From an uncultured Clostridia bacterium (GTDB lineage: Bacteria > Bacillota > Clostridia > Christensenellales > UBA1242), in the NCBI GenBank assembly GCA_944381185.1, contig CALWKE010000002.1, positions 217,731-281,730 on the forward strand: a stretch of DNA of 64,000 nucleotides, read 5' to 3'. The position numbers were made by a program, and so were the translations under genes. Of this stretch, positions 62,137 to 64,000 are shown one piece after another. Position 1 is the first letter of the stretch, and every line of letters begins with the position of its first letter. Below the pieces are notes generated by a model. That model ran no database searches, was not told the origin of the DNA, and worked only from the letters and a program-made list of their open reading frames with translations.

Positions 62137-62165
62137 ATTATATACTAGCATTAAATTTATGTCAA
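62137..62165 (-). promoter_or_regulatory. Consensus sigma-A promoter of the cysS leader
   Basis: Minus strand has TTGACA (62165..62160), 17-nt spacer and TATAAT (62142..62137). Confidence 0.75.
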
Positions 62166-62175
62166 GCATATTAAA

Positions 62176-64000
62176 TTACAAATTCTTCCCCACAAAATAA
62201 CCAGACTGAATTATTGTTGCCATGTCACAAATTTCTAATGCGTTACCTATTAAAAAAAGTTGACCATTATATCCACTTTTTACCAACTCATAATATATTT
62301 TATTGTTTGGATATATATCTGGCTCATAAATAAATAGATCACAGTCAATTGTTTTTGCCTTTGCCTCAAAAGAATAATTTGATCCAGAAATATAATTTAA
62401 AATAAGTGATTGAAAATTTTTATTTTTCAATTTATTATTAACAAAAATCTCAATAAAATCCTCTTGAATATATTTAACTTTTGAAAAAGGATAAACTTTC
62501 GCTTTAAGTTTTTTAAAAGCAAACAAATAATAAGTAAGCCTATCATTTGGTATGTTTTTTAAAAAATCCATAGACTCAATTATTATTGATATTTTTTTAT
62601 TTTGATTCAAAAGATATAGAGCAAGTTTAAAAGATAATTCTGATTTTGCATTAATAACAATATGTTCTTTTTTTTCAAAAATTTTATATGAATCTAAACA
62701 ATCAAATATACTTTTAACATTTTTTAAAATAGCACCTGTAATGTTTAAAAATTTTTCGTGAAAACCAGATGCAACAACAATTGAACAATATTTTTTTAAA
62801 TCATAACTATTAACATCAAAATTTTTATTTAACAATAATGTAATATTTTCATGAAAATTATGAACTTCATTTTCGAGATAGTCGTTATAATCATTAAGCA
62901 ACTTATCATATCCAAAAATTTCGCACCTTCTTGAACTACTATTAATTTTATTATTTCTATCATAAATATCAACGCAAAAACCTCTTCTTGCAAGTGTTAT
63001 TGCACAAATAATTCCTGATAAACCTGCACCAATAATTGCAACTTTTTTTGTTTTATTATAGCTTGAAAATAATAGTGTTTTGTTTATTAGTTCTGGATTG
63101 ATTGCACACTCAATTTTACCATTTTTTTTCGATATTTGGTCACAAAATGAACATTTTATACAATTTTTAGATATTTTTTGCGTTTTTTCATTTAATAAAA
63201 ACCTGCTATCACTATAAATATTTTTAGTGACATCAAAAATATCAATTAAGTTATTATTTAATAATTGTTCACATAGTCTTAAATCATTATAATAATCTTT
63301 AATTAATATTTTAACTGGCAAATCAAACTTTGTTTTTAATGAAGTATTTTCAAAAAACTGTTTTATTTCTTTAACGAAATTTTCAAATAGATTTTCTTTT
63401 TGAAACTGATTAAAAGTTTTAAAAAATTCAGTTTCATATGTTCCAAATTCAAATATAAATGCGTCAACACCAAAGTTAACAAGTTGTGTTAAAAATTTAA
63501 ACAAATTAAAACCATTTTTGTTTATTTTAATATTTTTTATTGTGTTTATTTCTTTAATATTTTTTTCATAAACAATTTCAATAAATGAAGAAAGAGTTAT
63601 ATTATACACCAAATTAATGTTTTTGATTTCTGTAACAATTGATGAAATTATTTTAGATGGAAAATCAATTAATTCTGAAAAATAACCAAATTTTCTTCTA
63701 TTAAATTCATAGCTAGAAAACTCACCAACAATGCCGAATAAATTTCCATCAATAAGCACACCATCAAATCCTAAATTAATTGCCATTTTAGAAGCATTTT
63801 TATATTCTTCGACAATTTGATAACATTTGTTATCAGACAGCCTTACACATGGCAAATTTGCCTCATTATAAGATTTGTTATTTGATGCTGAATATGAAAA
63901 TATATTTAAAAACTTATTTTCATTGTCCGCTCTTCCATATATTGATTTTATTGTTAAAAATATTTTAGTTCCATATCTATGAATATTTGAAATCGTTTTA
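62176..64000 (-). CDS. Old-Yellow-Enzyme/2,4-dienoyl-CoA-reductase-like flavoprotein (TIM-barrel domain, Fe-S Cys motif, FAD/NAD(P) Rossmann domain). The 5' end lies beyond the right window edge.
   Basis: The track M at 63855 is an internal TTG. My translation stays open to nt 64000 (..IHRYGTKIFLTIKSIYGRA.., OYE-like). It contains CIKCSFCDQ..ECAINP (FadH-type Fe-S motif) and VAIIGAGLSGIICAITLARRG (a GxGxxG dinucleotide fold). Confidence 0.7.
   Translation of the reverse strand, partial: KTISNIHRYGTKIFLTIKSIYGRADNENKFLNIFSYSASNNKSYNEANLPCVRLSDNKCYQIVEEYKNASKMAINLGFDGVLIDGNLFGIVGEFSSYEFNRRKFGYFSELIDFPSKIISSIVTEIKNINLVYNITLSSFIEIVYEKNIKEINTIKNIKINKNGFNLFKFLTQLVNFGVDAFIFEFGTYETEFFKTFNQFQKENLFENFVKEIKQFFENTSLKTKFDLPVKILIKDYYNDLRLCEQLLNNNLIDIFDVTKNIYSDSRFLLNEKTQKISKNCIKCSFCDQISKKNGKIECAINPELINKTLLFSSYNKTKKVAIIGAGLSGIICAITLARRGFCVDIYDRNNKINSSSRRCEIFGYDKLLNDYNDYLENEVHNFHENITLLLNKNFDVNSYDLKKYCSIVVASGFHEKFLNITGAILKNVKSIFDCLDSYKIFEKKEHIVINAKSELSFKLALYLLNQNKKISIIIESMDFLKNIPNDRLTYYLFAFKKLKAKVYPFSKVKYIQEDFIEIFVNNKLKNKNFQSLILNYISGSNYSFEAKAKTIDCDLFIYEPDIYPNNKIYYELVKSGYNGQLFLIGNALEICDMATIIQSGYFVGKNL

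Noticed and set aside
1-64000. Alternative genetic code (UGA=Trp, Mollicutes-like), suggested by the extreme AT content
   Set aside because: - Standard-code translation gives long, motif-bearing ORFs throughout.
- TGA closes the giant ORF, with a terminator hairpin right after it.
- Trp in conserved motifs (GWY, GWW) is encoded by TGG.
1-64000. CRISPR arrays, rRNA genes, IS elements/transposases, integrases
   Set aside because: - I saw no regularly spaced identical short repeats outside coding sequence.
- There are no rRNA-like GC-rich structured stretches other than rnpB and the tRNA.
- No DDE, serine or tyrosine recombinase motif appears in any ORF.

Overview
Very AT-rich bacterial (Bacillota-like) DNA read with the standard genetic code: TGA terminates several genes and Trp is TGG. 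All calls come from reading the sequence and recalling family motifs; no database search was run.

The window has four blocks:

1. **Housekeeping genes, 1-9.8 kb, minus strand.** A HelD-like helicase (partial), rarA, RNase P RNA with a textbook promoter and terminator, an intact pro-sigma-K-like sporulation sigma factor, a trmR/trhP-like methyltransferase plus U32 pair, RNase J and a polytopic membrane protein.
2. **Compact phage-derived morphogenesis cluster, about 10-23.7 kb, minus strand.** Order is TerL, portal, scaffold, capsid, five unknown structural ORFs, then a holin-like gene. A sigma-like HTH regulator lies upstream. No integrase, replication, lysogeny, tape-measure or endolysin gene is recognisable.
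3. **One uninterrupted 29,940-nt ORF, 24153-54092, plus strand, 47% of the window.** It encodes a 9,979-aa predicted surface protein with a lipoprotein-type signal at the N-terminus and a hydrophobic anchor at the C-terminus. It is bracketed by two genes of shared architecture (signal peptide, SH3b-like repeats, TM helix).
4. **Housekeeping genes, 56-64 kb, minus strand.** A NUDIX hydrolase, aspS, a HAD nucleotidase, tRNA-Leu(CAA), a Nudix-like protein, cysS and an OYE/FadH-like oxidoreductase (partial).

The two most unusual observations:

- **The giant ORF and its locus.**
- **Leader-peptide attenuators on both aminoacyl-tRNA synthetase genes.** Each gene is preceded by a near-consensus promoter, a Shine-Dalgarno site and a tiny ORF: MKKMCCCN before cysS and MKRFINNNNNNND before aspS. 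Mutually exclusive antiterminator and terminator structures follow. This is ribosome-mediated attenuation where T-box riboswitches would normally be expected.
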